Below are positions 43,591-58,586 of a DNA stretch of 64,000 bases, one piece after another (the stretch's first letter is position 1; the number at the start of each line of letters is the position of its first letter). The stretch lies in NCBI GenBank assembly GCA_012295275.1, contig CM022677.1, positions 14,756,001 to 14,820,000 of the forward strand, written 5' to 3'. The notes under the pieces are model-generated. The model was not told the DNA's origin, made no database searches, and saw only the letters and a program-made list of their open reading frames with translations. The translations under genes were made by a program, and so were the position numbers. This stretch comes from Chrysomallon squamiferum. Taxonomy: Eukaryota; Animalia; Mollusca.

Positions 43591-43934
43591 CGTATAAATA
43601 AAATATATATGAATCCATGATGTGTGTTTACATTGGTGTGTGTTGGTGCACGCATTTGCATACAAAAACACACATACACAACAAACACATAAATTAAGCT
43701 ATGCATTTCTTTATTTATTTTTTATTTGTTTTTCATCCATTTTCCAATCCAGTGCCTCCTGCAAGCATTATTAGAGATTTTAAAAATGATTTGTGTAATA
43801 TGATTTTAAATAATTACATATATTTATCTTGTCAATCAATTTATATTTGTTAAACAGTTTACACAAATACTTTGAGGTGTAAAATAATGTTTATCAATAT
43901 TCTGCCTTATAACATGATCAGTATAACATTAATT

Positions 43935-44582
43935 CAGTGATTCTCAACCAGTGTGCCGCGGCGCACAGGTGTGCCACGAGATCTTCCTATGTGTGCCGCA
44001 AAATTTTGAACGGCACACTAAGAAAATGAGAAAAACCACGTGATCCCAAAATAAAACAAACAGTAGAATGCAAGGTAAAAACGAAAATATTCTCACTTCA
44101 ACAGACAAGTTAGTTGCCCTCAAAAAGAAAATAGTGATTTGGGAAAAAAAAGAGCAATCACTGTCAACCTTTATATGTTCCCTTTATTGCGTTCTACCTG
44201 CATTAGAGAAGTGATCCCTATTGTGTTTACTCATCTGACAGCCCTGGACGAAAGCATCAACAATAACTTTCCGTCATTAAAGACAGAAAAGTATGATTGG
44301 ATTAGAGATCCTTTCATAAATCATTCTTCCAACATTGAACTTGAGTTACAGGAAGAAGAAGAATTGGCCGCACTTTCTAATGACCTTAAAATTAAAACAT
44401 TCGATTCGGCCCATTTATTCATTTTGGATTTCAATACAAGAGGTGTATCCTATTTTATTACAATTTTCAACCGTATATATGTGAATTAGGCAACATCAAA
44501 AACATGAAGCACGAGATATTACATACAATGACCAAACACTGAGGAAATTATGAAAAAAAGCCAGGCACAAATTTCTCACTAA
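43935..44582 (+). mobile_element. Internally deleted hAT (Buster/Charlie-type) element
   Basis: 5' end CAGTGATTCTCAACCAGTGTGCCGCGGCGCAC; transposase C-terminal fragments HLTALDESINNNFP..YDWIRDPF..EEEELAALSND and terminal QAQISH*. Confidence 0.8.
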
Positions 44583-44759
44583 AAAACACAGCTATTTGAC
44601 TGATAACATTCGAAACACTGCAATAAAGTATAGCTGTGTTTTTCTTTATTTAGTTTGAGTTATTCTTTGTGTCTATGACTAGTCTGTGTATACGGTTGTA
44701 TGCCGTCTATGAGTTGCCATGTTTTTATTTTGCAAACGTTATCACTAATAATAAAGATG

Positions 44760-45230
44760 TATTAATAATATATTTTAATACAGGATGCGCAAAAATAAGA
44801 AAAAAGAATAATAGGTGATAAAAAACAAAGAAGAACAATGAGAAGCACTCTAATAACTACGTTAGGAATATGCCGGTACGACGGCAACGACGGCGACATT
44901 AATAGAAATTACAATAATACAATTTAATACTCAGAAACAATGAGTAATGACTAATAAAAAGCGCTAAACAATAATGAGAATTACAGCAACAAAGCTAGGA
45001 ACAAGGACAGCAACTATGGTGATATTAATAGAAATAGTAATAATACACTTTAGTATAGGATTTGAACGCAAGAAAAGTATATGAATAATAGTTAATAAAA
45101 AGTAAAAGGTTAGTGAGAAGTAAACGTTGAGAACAACGCCGTTACGACGCCAATGACGGTGACATTAACAGAGATAATAATATACCTTAATATTTTAAAA
45201 ACGAAAAGGAATGAGTACACCAATAACATT
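44760..45230. repeat. Second array of the repeat seen at 29440-30060
   Basis: ACGACGGCAACGACGGCGACATTAATAGAAAT and variants. Confidence 0.75.
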
Positions 45231-48200
45231 TCTTCAAAATGTACGAAGAATAATTAATATAAATTTGAATGAACTGTTACGAAAGCAATAAACATCTCTA
45301 CCAAAAATTTTGAACACATTTCTGTAACAGTAATCTGAAGAAATTTGTGAATGTTGTTTATAATTTTCATTACATTTTATTAATCTCAGAAAATCAGTGA
45401 TGTGTTGGTTAAACAAGTGCACACTTCAGCATCAAACCTATCTCTGAAAATATATCCTTTTTCACAGAACATGATTATTGTAAACACTCGTGTGAAAACA
45501 ACTGTGATTTCTTCAAGTGAGGATAATGTAAATTCTCTTAACCCACTTGATCGCTGACTGTAAATGATAAAACAAAAGACCTGAATTAATCTAAGGAAGA
45601 TGTTTTATTAGTTTGCGTACATTTCAATAACAATATTGAGTCCTTTTTTCACATTCGCAGTTTAAAAAAGGCATTTTTCTTACACTTTCATAATCACAAA
45701 ATAAATTTAAATAATTTTACATTTTTACACAGATACACCCAAAACACACACACACTGTGGTTTTATAAACGTTCACGATTTCTCATGCAAAATTAAATTA
45801 ATTATATTATAAATAAATCAATTTATGATTATTATCATCATTATTATATAATTTTATAAAAAAGAAGTGTTTAGTTTTTATCTCGACAGATACAATAAAC
45901 TAAGAATGAATCTGATTTCTCTGATAACTTTACGAAGTAATTCGAAGTAATTTTTATATCCGCACTCAGAACAGTTCTAATGAAACTAAGAGAATAGCGT
46001 CAAACATATATAGGAAGCTTCCGTTTTTACAGAAAAAATAAAATATTAAGGTGTTATTTCTGTTGTTGTTGTTGTTATTTAGCTGTTGACAAAGAGAGGA
46101 CTTTGACAACTATGGTGTCTGTTTCATTGTTGATTACTGGTGGAGGGGATATATTAATATCTAATGCAGTATGAGAACTTCAGCTATAATAAGAAATGTA
46201 AAGTATATTACACTAAACAACTTGCGCTGATGTACACATTTTAATGAATGTAATGAAAAAATTAAGTGCAGTGTAAGTTTGTCATATTTACTTAATAAAA
46301 GTTAATATTATCAAATTTAAATTGACCCTTTATTCACTACGAGAAATATTTTAATTAATCTGAAGTTCAGCAATATTTTGAAGTTTATTAAACTATTTTT
46401 ATTAGATTTATATTTCTTTCACAGGCATTATTAAAATTAGAAATAATTTTTATTACCATCAATTTATGTAGCTTTCATCGCAAATTAAATATTTTATTTT
46501 TTATTATAGAGCATTATTATTATAACATTTATTTTTATAACTCAGTGGTAAAATTATCAATTTAAATAGCGTTATCCTTAACTAAAACTGACGTGATGTT
46601 ATGTGATTTATAGCGGTATCCTTAATTAAAAATATCACCTTATTTTTACTTGTTTATAATTATGTGATGTGATTTATACTGTAAATAGCGGTATCCTTAA
46701 TTAAAACTATCACCTTATTTGTACTTGTTTATAATTATTTTTTGATTTATAGTGTAAACTGCGCTCATTTTACAAAATAAACTTCATAACTTTGTGTACA
46801 TAATGGAATATCATTTACGTTTTCTTCTATTATTTTAATAATAATAAAATTAAAATAATACAGAAATAATCCTGAATCTACACATCCTTCCATCCACCCA
46901 TTAACTTCCATCCCTTCTTCAGTCAGTTTATCATATCATTCATTCCAGACCTATATCACCTCTCTCTTTTAAAAATAAATATGATTTATGTTATAATGTT
47001 TATACAGTGTAACAAAATTAAAAAGTAATTTCAATACCCATCCCCAGCACGATTTACAGACGTTAATGTAATAAGGGCGAGTTTCGGTGACCTTTAACAG
47101 AGTAAACATAGATTACCGGTGACAAATGAAAACAGCTACTGAAATCTCTGTGTCTATAGCCCAGTTTGCATTAATTATTTCCCATTCATTTTCTAAGGTT
47201 GATTAAAAATAATGCTGATAATTACAGATATTACATTTCTAAGTTGTCTTGGAAAGCTTCTTATGTGAAAACAAATAATATTTGAAAAATATTTGAAGTA
47301 CTAGAAGAATTATTTTACTACGTTTTCACATTAAAACCGACTTTGTATATGCAAAGGGCTTAGAAAGCATCATTTTGATATAAAACATATGTATACTGGT
47401 TTGAAACTGTATGAGATATTCAGTATTCTGTTTGCCAAATGACTGAAATGAGTCTCAGATTTTTCCACAGATTATGAAGGAAAAATACCAGCAAATTTTA
47501 TTCAGATAAAAATTCGTTACTTCCTTCACATCAGTCATATCACAGATATTTTGGTGTAAATTTAATCTCCAGTTTTCTATTTTATTTTTATTTTTATCTT
47601 TTTGGGGTCATTGTATAGTTATAAGTTATATAATTTAAAAGATAATTATATTTTTGAAAATACTATTACATAGCTGCTAAATATAGTAATTTAAACGAAA
47701 AGCAAAATATAACTGATTATTCTGCTGAATGATGAATAAAAATTCAGCTAAATTTCTCCAAAAAAATAAAAATTACACTCGTCTTGTGACGTATTGTTTA
47801 ATAATTCATTTTCGATTATCTGCCCTTGAAAACTTTCCATAAAGCAGACGACGAAACATTTTACAACTAAATTACAAACATGTACTCCAAAGTATATAAA
47901 GAATATAAAAAAAAGCAAAAAACATTTCAAGAAAGTAATATTCTACCATTACCTGTATATATAAAGAAGTCAACTCTTCGTGATTCTTAGAATCTACATT
48001 TAACTGAGAAAACCATAAATAACAAACACCTCAAATAAAAGAGAAGTCGCGCCTCCACCTCGAAATAAAAAATTATATGAGAGTAATCTCCCTTCAGCTA
48101 TAGTTTCTTTCTTTCTTCTGTTTGTGGGGTTCTCGGTGTACATCATTGCACACCACAGAAAATCGCTGATAACGAAACGTCGTATATAGCTGTATAATGA

Positions 48201-48714
48201 GTAATAAATGTAAATGTGTAGGTACTTCCAGGAATATCAATTTTCATACAATATAAATGAATAATAAAATAAAACAATAAAAAATGTGTGGACGCTGTCA
48301 AAACCGGATGATTCACTGAGACCAACGTTTCCAGGAATATCAACGTGATTCCGTTTTTAGATTTTCATACAATATAAACAAATGTTAATGGACTATCAGT
48401 TGTCAGAGGATGAAAAGTCTGTCATTTATGACTCCTACGTGAAACTGATGTACGTGAAATTATCAGTAGTTTTTATGAAGCAAAATACAGGAAAATATTA
48501 TAAAACATCACGTTATTTTCACTCAGTATCAATTTATAATATAAACGTCGCTGGTTTTATGTAATCTCTTCTGCTGTTAATCAAATATTAATTTTAATTC
48601 ATAACTTAGTGACTAGATATACAGGGAAAGCCCTCTGTTGTGAACTAGTTTTCTGTTAAACTGAGTTACAATTTCTTCTCTACAACAAAATATATATATA
48701 TATATATATAAAAT

Positions 48715-50027
48715 TAATACTGAACACGTGAGAAGTTACATTTTACTTGAATCACAAAATTTCAGTTTGCAAAGCAAACGACATTAAAATTAAAATTCAC
48801 AGAGATAAGCTAAGTTTTGTTTTTTAAAACGCGACATAATTCACATTTTATATATAAAACCAGCGACGTTTATTGATACTTAGTGAAAATATCGTGATGT
48901 TTTGTTATGTTTTACCTCTATTTTGCATCATTAAAAGATACAATCTTACCTGAAGCTTTTAAAATATCAGATTAAACAGACGCCATTTCAAATACATATA
49001 TAATGATAGATACTATTAATATCCACCATCCAATATAAATTGTGCAGTCGGTATTAAAATTAAAATTATATTTATTTATTTATTTATTTATTTCAGTTAA
49101 AGATAATCAGTGTAAATAGAGGTATTCATAATATTTCAAGCTACTTTTGGTTGGATCTCAGTTTATAAAACCAAAATCTTGTTAATTTATAGAACATAAA
49201 TTCCGTCCAGCAATGTGTCCATAGAAAAATACACTGTACGTCAAAGTTTCTTGTTTCAGTAAATACTCAAATACCTGTGACTTTTGGAAGAACAAAACCG
49301 TCGTGTCTTCACAAGTTTCACTGAAACGTTTCTTCACAAAACACTCGCCGTTGTATAGGACGAACAACTACCACATTTCTTAAAATATTCTGCTTAAGTA
49401 TTAATCACCAGAAAAATGTAATTAAAAACACTGTCTATGGTGTAATTATTGAAAATCAGCTTCATCGTTCTTCTGCTTAGAAAAAGTATATTTCCTAAAA
49501 TACATATAATGCTTTGTCTGGAAGTAAAAAAAAATTATATTTTCTTCTAGTACTACTACTATCAGGAAGGGAGAGAGAGAGATAAAAAATAAAACGAAAA
49601 CAAAAATTAAGTCTTTTCTTAATAATACGAATCTGGAAATCTAACTCGCTATGTATCAACTCCACAGCTACTGTCGAAAATAGGGTACATAACTCTCTAT
49701 TTCGCATATTATGTTCTGTTTTAGATATTTAGTTTTATCTGTAATAATAATGTGATTTTTCTATAAACAGCAGTAGAATTATATGAGAATATCGAGAAGG
49801 CTTTCATACTAATGTGATATTTTATTAACAGAACTTGTTTCACAGAACAGCTAAATAGGAGTAATTTTAGACGGCGTTATGAAAATAAGATGCCACTTCA
49901 GTACCGCTATCATTATTTATGTTACATGTTTTATGTTGTAAACAGAGGCGTAGCGGTAATATTATGTATTGAAAAATAGAGGTATTGTTTTTTAATTAAC
50001 AATATTAGATACTTTTATGTTGCATAA

Positions 50028-50070
<43 letters not shown>

Positions 50071-50720
50071 AAAATAAATAAATAAATAATAAGCTTAATT
50101 TTTCATTAACAGGTATAACGTATCTAACAAGTTGAATAATGAATCGGCGTTTAATAATGGGTATTATTCTCATTTTATTTTATTAAGATAGTAGAATTGC
50201 AGTTGAGAGGTGAGAGACTAGATTAAGATGAATTAATTTCACCATGTTATTGATATTTGCAAGTGCATCTTTCTTAAATTCTAGAAAAGTCTAGAAGATA
50301 GAGAAACATTAATAGACGTTTTTATTATTAAAAGTAAAGTGAAAAGGCGAGGATGCGCGAGATGAATCTTGTTTAGTATAACACAAGTTCTGTAAATATA
50401 CTGCGCTGTTACAGATTAATTCTTAATTAATTGTAGAAAGTGATATTCTATTATCTCCCCTAAAAATTAAATTGATAGTTAGACAATTAATATTCAACTA
50501 TATATTAATAATCTACAGAGCTATATATTAATGTAAAATATTACGGTTCTTTCGCTGAATTTAAATGTATAAACAGGTCTGGTTGAAGCAAATAAACTAT
50601 AAATATTGTCGTTCAGTTACATTATATGTGGTAAACAGCGTTCATCATAATGACAAGAACAGCTTTTTGTTTATTACTGCAATATAAAGGACATTTCAGT
50701 TGCCGTTTACAGGGACAAAT
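48715..50720. repeat. Inverted copy of 26050-27690 (with insertions)
   Basis: Colinear reverse-complement matches. Confidence 0.88.
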
Positions 50721-51573
50721 ACATATATAAATATATTTATTAATATTAATATTAATATCTAAGATCCGTCAATATTTTAGGCACAAAATCTCTCCCAGTG
50801 AGATAAAATATCATCGATGCTTTATTATCAATGTTTTCTGCAGTGTTTATCATTTCTTTTACTGAAGTTTTAATTACAGCGACACCTGCACTTATCACTG
50901 TAATCTGAGAGGTAGATAGGTAGGTGGATAGACAGATAGACACACAGATAGATGGAGAGTGAGACAGACATACATATATAGAGATAAATCCATATACAGA
51001 CATACAGACACACAGAGAGATAGAAAACCCCCAAACTGAACTGAATAATTAAAATGTCCAATAAAAGAAAAGTTGTGAAAAGCGAGGTTAATGTGATATT
51101 ATATAATAATGCATGTACAAACATTTTCTTACAAGTTCATTTGCCTATAAAATGTAAAATGTCTGTCTATCTCTATATCCATCAATGTATCTATCTGTCT
51201 GTTATTTAACTATATACATAAACACCGTCTCACTGATATCAACTTACGTATATAACTATCCTCTAAGGCAAACACGTATACCAAACTATTTCTTTTCTAT
51301 GTGTGTGTGTCTATCTCTCTGTCTGTTTATTTGTTGATAATTGTTTCTTTCTTTATAATGAAGACTGTAATACTGACATAACGACATTAACGATAAAAGC
51401 AGCAACACTTATTGCAATAATACTACATAAAATGATAAACAAAAAAACAAAAAAAATTCTGAGTAGTTAGGTCCTCGAATTTATTGTACTGATTATTGCT
51501 ATATAATCATTGTTTACTACTAATAATAATTAATCCTAATCGTAATACAAGTCAGATTCAAAACTTCAATAAA

Positions 51574-52075
51574 CTAAACTCCTTGACAAATATCACACAA
51601 GAATACAATATCTTTAAAGTCTGCACCAGCTGGGATTTCAAGATTTGCGCAAGAATCAAGACAATACCAATTTGGGCACCCGTCACATCCTATGAACTCG
51701 TCAGAATTCATTCCATCATCAACTCTGCCACAGAGTTCACAATTGTCTTGTGTATTACTACATCTCTGTCTTCCAGTTCAGGCTCATCACCATCAGCGTT
51801 TTATTTGACTGCATCCACCGGTTCTGCTGTAGCATTCAAATTGAACTGCCGTTTTGACTTTCGTATCTTCTATTTGTTTGTTGTTGTAATTTTGCCTCTA
51901 AAACATTTGCTTTCTTTGCCTTTTCTTCCTCCTCCTTCTTCTTCTCTGCCGACTCTTCTTCATACCTCTTGACACTTTCTTCCTCTGTCAGTGCCTCGGC
52001 ATACCTCATCCTCTTGATTTTATTTGAAGTTTGACAACGTGCCCACCAGATGAACCATGGACTTTCAACTATTTC
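51574..52075 (-). pseudogene. Second copy of the coiled-coil + PHD-like transposase tail
   Basis: Reverse complement of 42540-42986; encodes CELC..DEFIGCDGCPNWYCLDSC..FLCDICQGV*. Confidence 0.6.
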
Positions 52076-52657
52076 AAAAAACTTAAATAAAACTCAGAAT
52101 AGACTATATCAATGCCAAAACTATTGATTTCACTAGCAAATATGGGGGCCAAGAAGTGTCTATAATATCTTCCGTTAAAGAGCACATTAATCACAGAACC
52201 TATAATACTTAATTACCACATAATATCTGGTAAAATAAAATAATCCATCTGAGTAGAGTAATCTGGAGAGTGAGAGAAAGAGACAGTAAGAAAGCCTAAG
52301 GGAGATATTTATATGTCATAAGTACATACACTTCTGTTGGTCTGTCTGTCTTTCTGGATATAGAAGGGGCTTTCAAATTAATGGCACTGTATTCGAAATC
52401 AGAAAATAGTAGAAATACCCTGTGTATTCATCTGTTCATCTATCTTCAGTAACTATATCTGTATGTAGGTATTTCTATTTATCTATCATAATCTATCTAT
52501 TTAACCAATTAAATGTTATTATATTAATGTACTAATTAGCCATTCCCTTTGGAAATGTTGCCACACATACACCACGGTGTGGTTTAGTACACGTAGGGGA
52601 TGTTAGTAATGGTTAGTATTTGTTAAATGTTAGTATTTGTTAAATGTTAGTCTGTCA

Positions 52658-52770
<113 letters not shown>

Positions 52771-53169
52771 ACTCGCTCTGTTCTCTCAACACAAAATTAA
52801 CAATTTTACGCTCTGGAAATCATTATATTTGTGAAATTGAAATAACGTGTCAGGATGAAAAGGCTGAAAAACAGTATTTACATGTATTTGAAATTTTTAT
52901 ACTACATTTTTACAGTGAAATGAAATTTTTATGAAACCAAACAAACTTACAGTCATAGTGAAATCCAAATATCTCTTTCTCTAATCATAACAAATAAAAT
53001 ACAGAAATTTTCACGTATCAAAACGGAATTTCGTAACAGATTTAAATTCTTGACCTTATTTTTACTCTGAATAGCATGAATGAAAACATATTAAGGTTTT
53101 AATAAAGAAACATTTTAAATATGTGAAATATCTTAAGAATGCACAGAAATACTACTTCTACCACTGCTG

Positions 53170-53202
<33 letters not shown>

Positions 53203-53487
53203 ATAATAATAATAATAATAGTAATATATAAAAAGCCCTGACGTATCACCGGTAGTGGGAGGAGTTAGACATATCGGCTTACCGTTAATACACATTAATG
53301 CTAAAGTGAAGCCAGCTAACATTTCCAACCTTAACGTCATAGAGTTATCGGTTGGTTAACAAAACAGTTTATCACAGGCTATAACTCTATCAGCAAGAGT
53401 TTGCTATTGATTTTCCTTATTAATTCAAGTATTAGTTCGCTAAAGTGAAGACAACGAACAAATCTAGCGAACTTTTACACCGTCAGG

Positions 53488-54752
53488 TGAGTCTGTTTGT
53501 TCAAAGCAGTGCATCGTGTCTAGTATATTACAGACTATATACAACCCTGTCACTGAGTCTGTTCAAGGCGGTGCACTGTATCTAGTATATTACAGACTTG
53601 GGTATGTACTACCCTATCTGTGAGTCTGTTTGTTCAAGGCAGTGCACTGCATCTAGTATATTACAGACTTGGGTATGTACTACCCTATCTGTGAGTCTGT
53701 TTGTTCAAGGCAGAGCATCATCTCCAGTATATTACAGAATGTGGTATGTACTATCCTGTCAGTGAGTCTGTCCAAGGCAGTGCAATGTGTCTAGTATATT
53801 ATAGACTGTGGTATATACCATCCTATCAGAGAGTCTGTTTGTTCAAGGTAGTGGATTGTGTCTAGTATATTACAGACTGTGGTTTGTACTATCCTGTTAG
53901 TGAGTCTGTTGGTTCAAGGCAGTGCATCTTGTCCAGTATATTACAGAATGTGGTATGTACTATCCTGTCAGTGAGTCTCTTGAAGAATATTACAGACTGT
54001 GGTATGTACTACCCTGTTAGTGAGATTGTTTGTTCAAGGTAGTGGATTGTTTCTAGTATATTTAAGACTGTGGTATGTACTATCCTGTCAGTGAGTCTGT
54101 TTATTGAAGGTAGTGGATCTTGTCTAGAATATTTCAGACTGTGGCATGTACTATCCTGTTAGTCAGTCTGTTTGTTCAAGGCAGTGCATCGTGTCTAGTA
54201 TATTACAGACTGTGGTGTGTACCACCCTATAAGTGAATCTGTTTTTTCAAGGCAGTGCTTCTTGTCCAGTATATTACAGACTATGGTATGTACTACCCTG
54301 TCAGTGAGTCTGCTCAGGGCAGTGCACTGTATCTAGTATATTACAGACTAGGTATGTACTATCCTGTCAGTGGGTCCGATCAAGGCAGTGCACCGTGTCT
54401 AGTATATTATAGACTGTGGTATGTACCACCCTATGAGTGAGTCTGTTTGTTCAATACAGTACATCTTGTCCAGTATATTACAGACTGTGGTATGTACTAC
54501 CCTGTGAATGAGTCTGTTCAGGGCAGTCCACTGTATCTAGTATATTACAGTCTGTGGTATGTACCACCCTATGAGTGAGTCTGTTTGTTCAAGGCAGTGC
54601 ATCTTGTCTAGTATATTAGAGACTGTGGTATGTACTACCCTGACAGTGAATCTGTTTGTTCAAGGCAGTGCCTCGTTTCTAGTATATTACTCTCTGTGGT
54701 ATGTACTACCCTGTCAGTGAGTCTGTTTGTTCAAGGCAGTGCCTCGTTTCTA
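53488..54752. repeat. ~67-71 bp minisatellite, ~18 copies
   Basis: Reverse complement of the 38225-39365 unit. Confidence 0.95.
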
Positions 54753-55292
54753 GTAGAGACAGTGTTTTTTATATCAGGTCATTCATGAAAACTTATATAA
54801 TTTACCTGTACTATATTAATTCAAAATGTTATTGATAAAAAGAGAACTAAAAGAATATAACATCTAAAATGTGATATTATAATACTTGTTGTTTTTGTCA
54901 GTCACTGAACGAGTGATGGAAATTTGACTGTTCATGAATTGTTTTTTTTATATGCTATTTATTTTAAAATACTAAATAATGCAATCAACACTAAATAATG
55001 TCTCCATATTATTTAAGTTAAAAAACTATATAACTGTTTCACATGAATAAAGTATTATAAAATGTATTACTAACTTTCACCTAGATAATAAAATTTAAAA
55101 AACCCAAGCAAATAATAAACACATCCACAAAACACATGCACACACACTGACACACAAAACACCCACCCAAGGTAAAAGTGCTTTACCATGTTAACAGATG
55201 GTGGAGAGGAAGTTTCGTATCTGTTTATCGGTGAGTTTCTTTCTAAACAAAAACATTTTACACAGTAATTGTTATAATCACTAACAACAGTT

Positions 55293-55495
55293 TTACTTTT
55301 GTCTGCACCTGACACCAGAATGGAAACAGGACAAGAACAGTTTTATCTCGTTGTTATTGTAAGTGTGGTTTATGTAGCCCTGCAGACATTTGGTGCAGAA
55401 CAAGTGTCCACAATACAGAACTCGCAGCTTGTGAAAAATTTCCATACAAAGACAACACAAAAGAATATCATCAGAATCTGAAGCTGTTGCCATAT
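55293..55495 (-). pseudogene. TRIM-type RING finger first coding exon, truncated
   Basis: Acceptor CAG then AT-ATG; MATASDSDDILLCCLCMEIFHKLRVLYCGHLFCTKCLQGYI..; final CxxC is degenerate and no B-box ORF follows. Confidence 0.75.
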
Positions 55496-55629
55496 CTGTT
55501 AATAATAAAAATTAAAATAATAATAATAACAACAACAACAGCAGCAGCAGTAGCAAGGACATGGAAGACTCGAGAAGATAAAAAAGAAAATACAGAGAAA
55601 GTGAAATGTAAGAAAATAAAAGTAAAAGA

Positions 55630-55671
<42 letters not shown>

Positions 55672-56017
55672 CATAATAATAATAATAAAAACAACAACAA
55701 AGAAAAGCCAACACAATGCCGTCCTTAATTAAGTACATCAATGACAACAAAGATATCAATAAATTCTTAAGCGCTCTCAATTCAGCAACAAATAATTTAC
55801 ATTATTTTTTCTTACAAAATATCTGAATTAACAGTCTTTTTCATCAATGTTTATCTGATTAGGGCTAATAAAAAATATAAAAAATGCAAGTAATAAGATA
55901 ACAGTTAACATTAGCTTCTGACAAAAATATTACATTCTGATTACTTTTTACCTTAATTTTTTATACAAATGTCATTATCATCTTTGTCAATTAAAGAGAA
56001 AGACAGTGTCAACTCAC

Positions 56018-57766
56018 TTGTTCTCTTCAAGTTCTGTTTGATATTTTTTGTGTGATTGTTTAATGTTCCCAACATGATTAACCATTACCTCCATTGTACA
56101 ACTGAGTCTCATCTCCTACAAAAACACACAATTATATTTGAACTGATTTTACTTGTAGAATTCTCTGGTCATTAATTATCCTTTTATAAATAAATAAAGA
56201 AATAAAGAAATAAAAAGTTAGAGTAAAGTAAAAAGAATCTTAAAATCAGACTGCCATTTCATGGCAGGTGTCTTTATAACTGAACAAATAATTAGTCCTT
56301 AGTGATTCTACGGATTCTTTCAATAAATGAGATATGTGCAGACAAAGCATCAGTATACAATAATTGCTAATCATTTTCATGATTTTACAAAAACAAATAT
56401 ATTACATTTTTATGTAAGTTGCTTAATTCACTGTAAGAAAACTATTTTGCATAGAATTTTGTGAAAGACTGAAGAAATATTTAAAACTGAAATAAAATGA
56501 ATAATGTATTTAAATACCTGCCGGACAGCACCAAATACTTCAACTCTACTGGAGACTTGAGCTGCTCTTTGTTCCAAAATGTCAGTCTGAGTTTGTATTT
56601 ATCAACAATTTCTTGAATATTTCTATCCTTAACAAGCTGATTTAACCTCTGAAAATAAACAGTTTAAATCCAGTTTAGTATATTGGTTTCTTCAGTTCCT
56701 ATAAATACATGATGAAAGATCTGAATGTCATTCAGTAAAAACTGACATTTACTTGTTATAAAACAATTAAATAAATTAAGTCTGCATGAATCAATATAAT
56801 TATAGTAAACTAAAAATTGAAACATAACCTTTTTTACATCTTTTGTTTTGTATTCTGATGAGATTTAATGATGCAGTTATCAATTCAAATTATTTACTGA
56901 AAACTAATCTAAAGAGATAAAAATAAAGATGAATTTGATTCACGTAATTAAAGGTAAAGTAGAATTTTTCATTCAGAAACACCTTCAACAAAATTAACAT
57001 AGATCTGTTGTTCTTTATGAACTGATTTCACACATACCTCAACATCAATCCTTAAGCCATGTAGTTCTTGGTCCATGTTCTTTTCAGCAATGTCCCACAA
57101 CCTTTCTTGACTCTCTTTTCTCTGCTCTTGAGTTAATTTGTCCATCTTGAAGGTCAGGAACTTAGTCTAGTTAACATACCAAAAATAAACTGTAATATAT
57201 AAATTCAATCAAAACACTAATGTAAGAACATTCAAGTCACATTACACTGAAAATAATAAAGTATGTTAATAAAATAATAAGCAGACATTTCATTAGTTGC
57301 ACATCATTTTGTAAATAGGAAACATAAATTCCCTGATAGTCTGAGCAAGAGATACATATTCTGTGTATACATGAGTGAGAGTGTGTGTGTGTGTGTTTTT
57401 TAATATTTGTATCTATAATATGGCTTTTTAAATAGGAAAATTATCTCTTTTCATAAGCTTGTTATTTCATTTTCAGACTAAACTGAGTGAAGATTGTCTA
57501 GTATAATAAGTTAAAGATAAATGTGTAACTAGAAAAACTATTACTACATTTAATAAACACTAAAAGCATACACCATCTCCAAAACAAAGAACCTACACTA
57601 ACTGAATAAATAATCATTTTTCACATATGTATTGTTTACCACATTGAAAGATCTCAATGACAAAAATTATTCTAAAAGTAACAAATAACATCTTTAAGTA
57701 AAATTCTAAGTAAATGCAGAATAGAAATTTACTCACTTTGACTTCTTCATCTGAGAAGTTGGTGAA
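56018..57766 (-). pseudogene. IRAG/LRMP (MRVI1-family) exon fragments, right copy (57766-57737, 57166-57038, 56648-56518, 56115-56018)
   Basis: Four AG/GT-bounded exons: FTNFSDEEVK; TKFLTFKMDKLTQEQRKESQERLWDIAEKNMDQEL..; RLNQLVKDRNIQEIVDK/QTQTDILEQRAAQVSSRVEVFGAVRQ (131 nt, 1-bp frameshift); EMRLSCTMEVMVNHVGNIKQSHKKYQTELEEN. Matches recalled LRMP motifs AARVASRAEMLGAINQ and ESRVSKAVEVMIQHVENLK. A further putative exon lies at 58960-59117. Confidence 0.82.
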
Positions 57767-58532
57767 CTGAAATAAAAATATACAGTCGAGACAGTTGTCC
57801 TAATGGGAAAACAAATCTGGATATTGCTGATATTTTGCTAGTTAAGGAAAATGATGGATGCAACATGAACTGCTGAACACAAAACGTGTTTCCTGAACTA
57901 ATTTAACTAATGTCTGCATGACTGAAATAAGGAAACCTCAGCATAATATAAAAAGTTATCATAAATAAAATGCATAAACATGCAAAAACTCTACATGATT
58001 TCTATAAACATAACTGAAAACTAGGGCTGAAGATATCATGTCATGTTAGATGTAATTATACATGTTTTAATCAGTTGTTTGCTCAAACCTGTATTGTGGG
58101 ATTCAGTATACACAGTGCAGACAAGATTACACAATCAGAAGACTAACCAAAAAACCCAGATAGAAATGCATTTAATACCACCTTGAAACTGAGATATTGA
58201 GCAAGGTGTAACCAGACTTGCTATAATTAGTTGTCAAAAATCCCACAATAAAGGGCAATTGAGTATTTTTGAGAAATGTTACTGAATCCCAATAATGTGT
58301 ATAAATGTTTAGAAACTAAAAAATAATTTACAGTGACACATGATAACTATATCATAATAGACACCAATGCTTTGCAGTCCTCATAACAAAATGTTAATGT
58401 CATTCTGCACTAGGTATGTGAATTCAATCATTTTGTTTACATATTGCATTATGTTTCTGGGACAGCATAGAATTCTAATTAATTAATAATAATTTATTGC
58501 TAACATTTTGCATGAGATGATATAATTAATTC

Positions 58533-58586
<54 letters not shown>

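Noticed and set aside
55293-56115. In-frame IRAG-RING fusion protein
   Set aside because: The last IRAG exon ends in phase 2; splicing to the RING acceptor reads KYGNSFRF* out of frame with the RING
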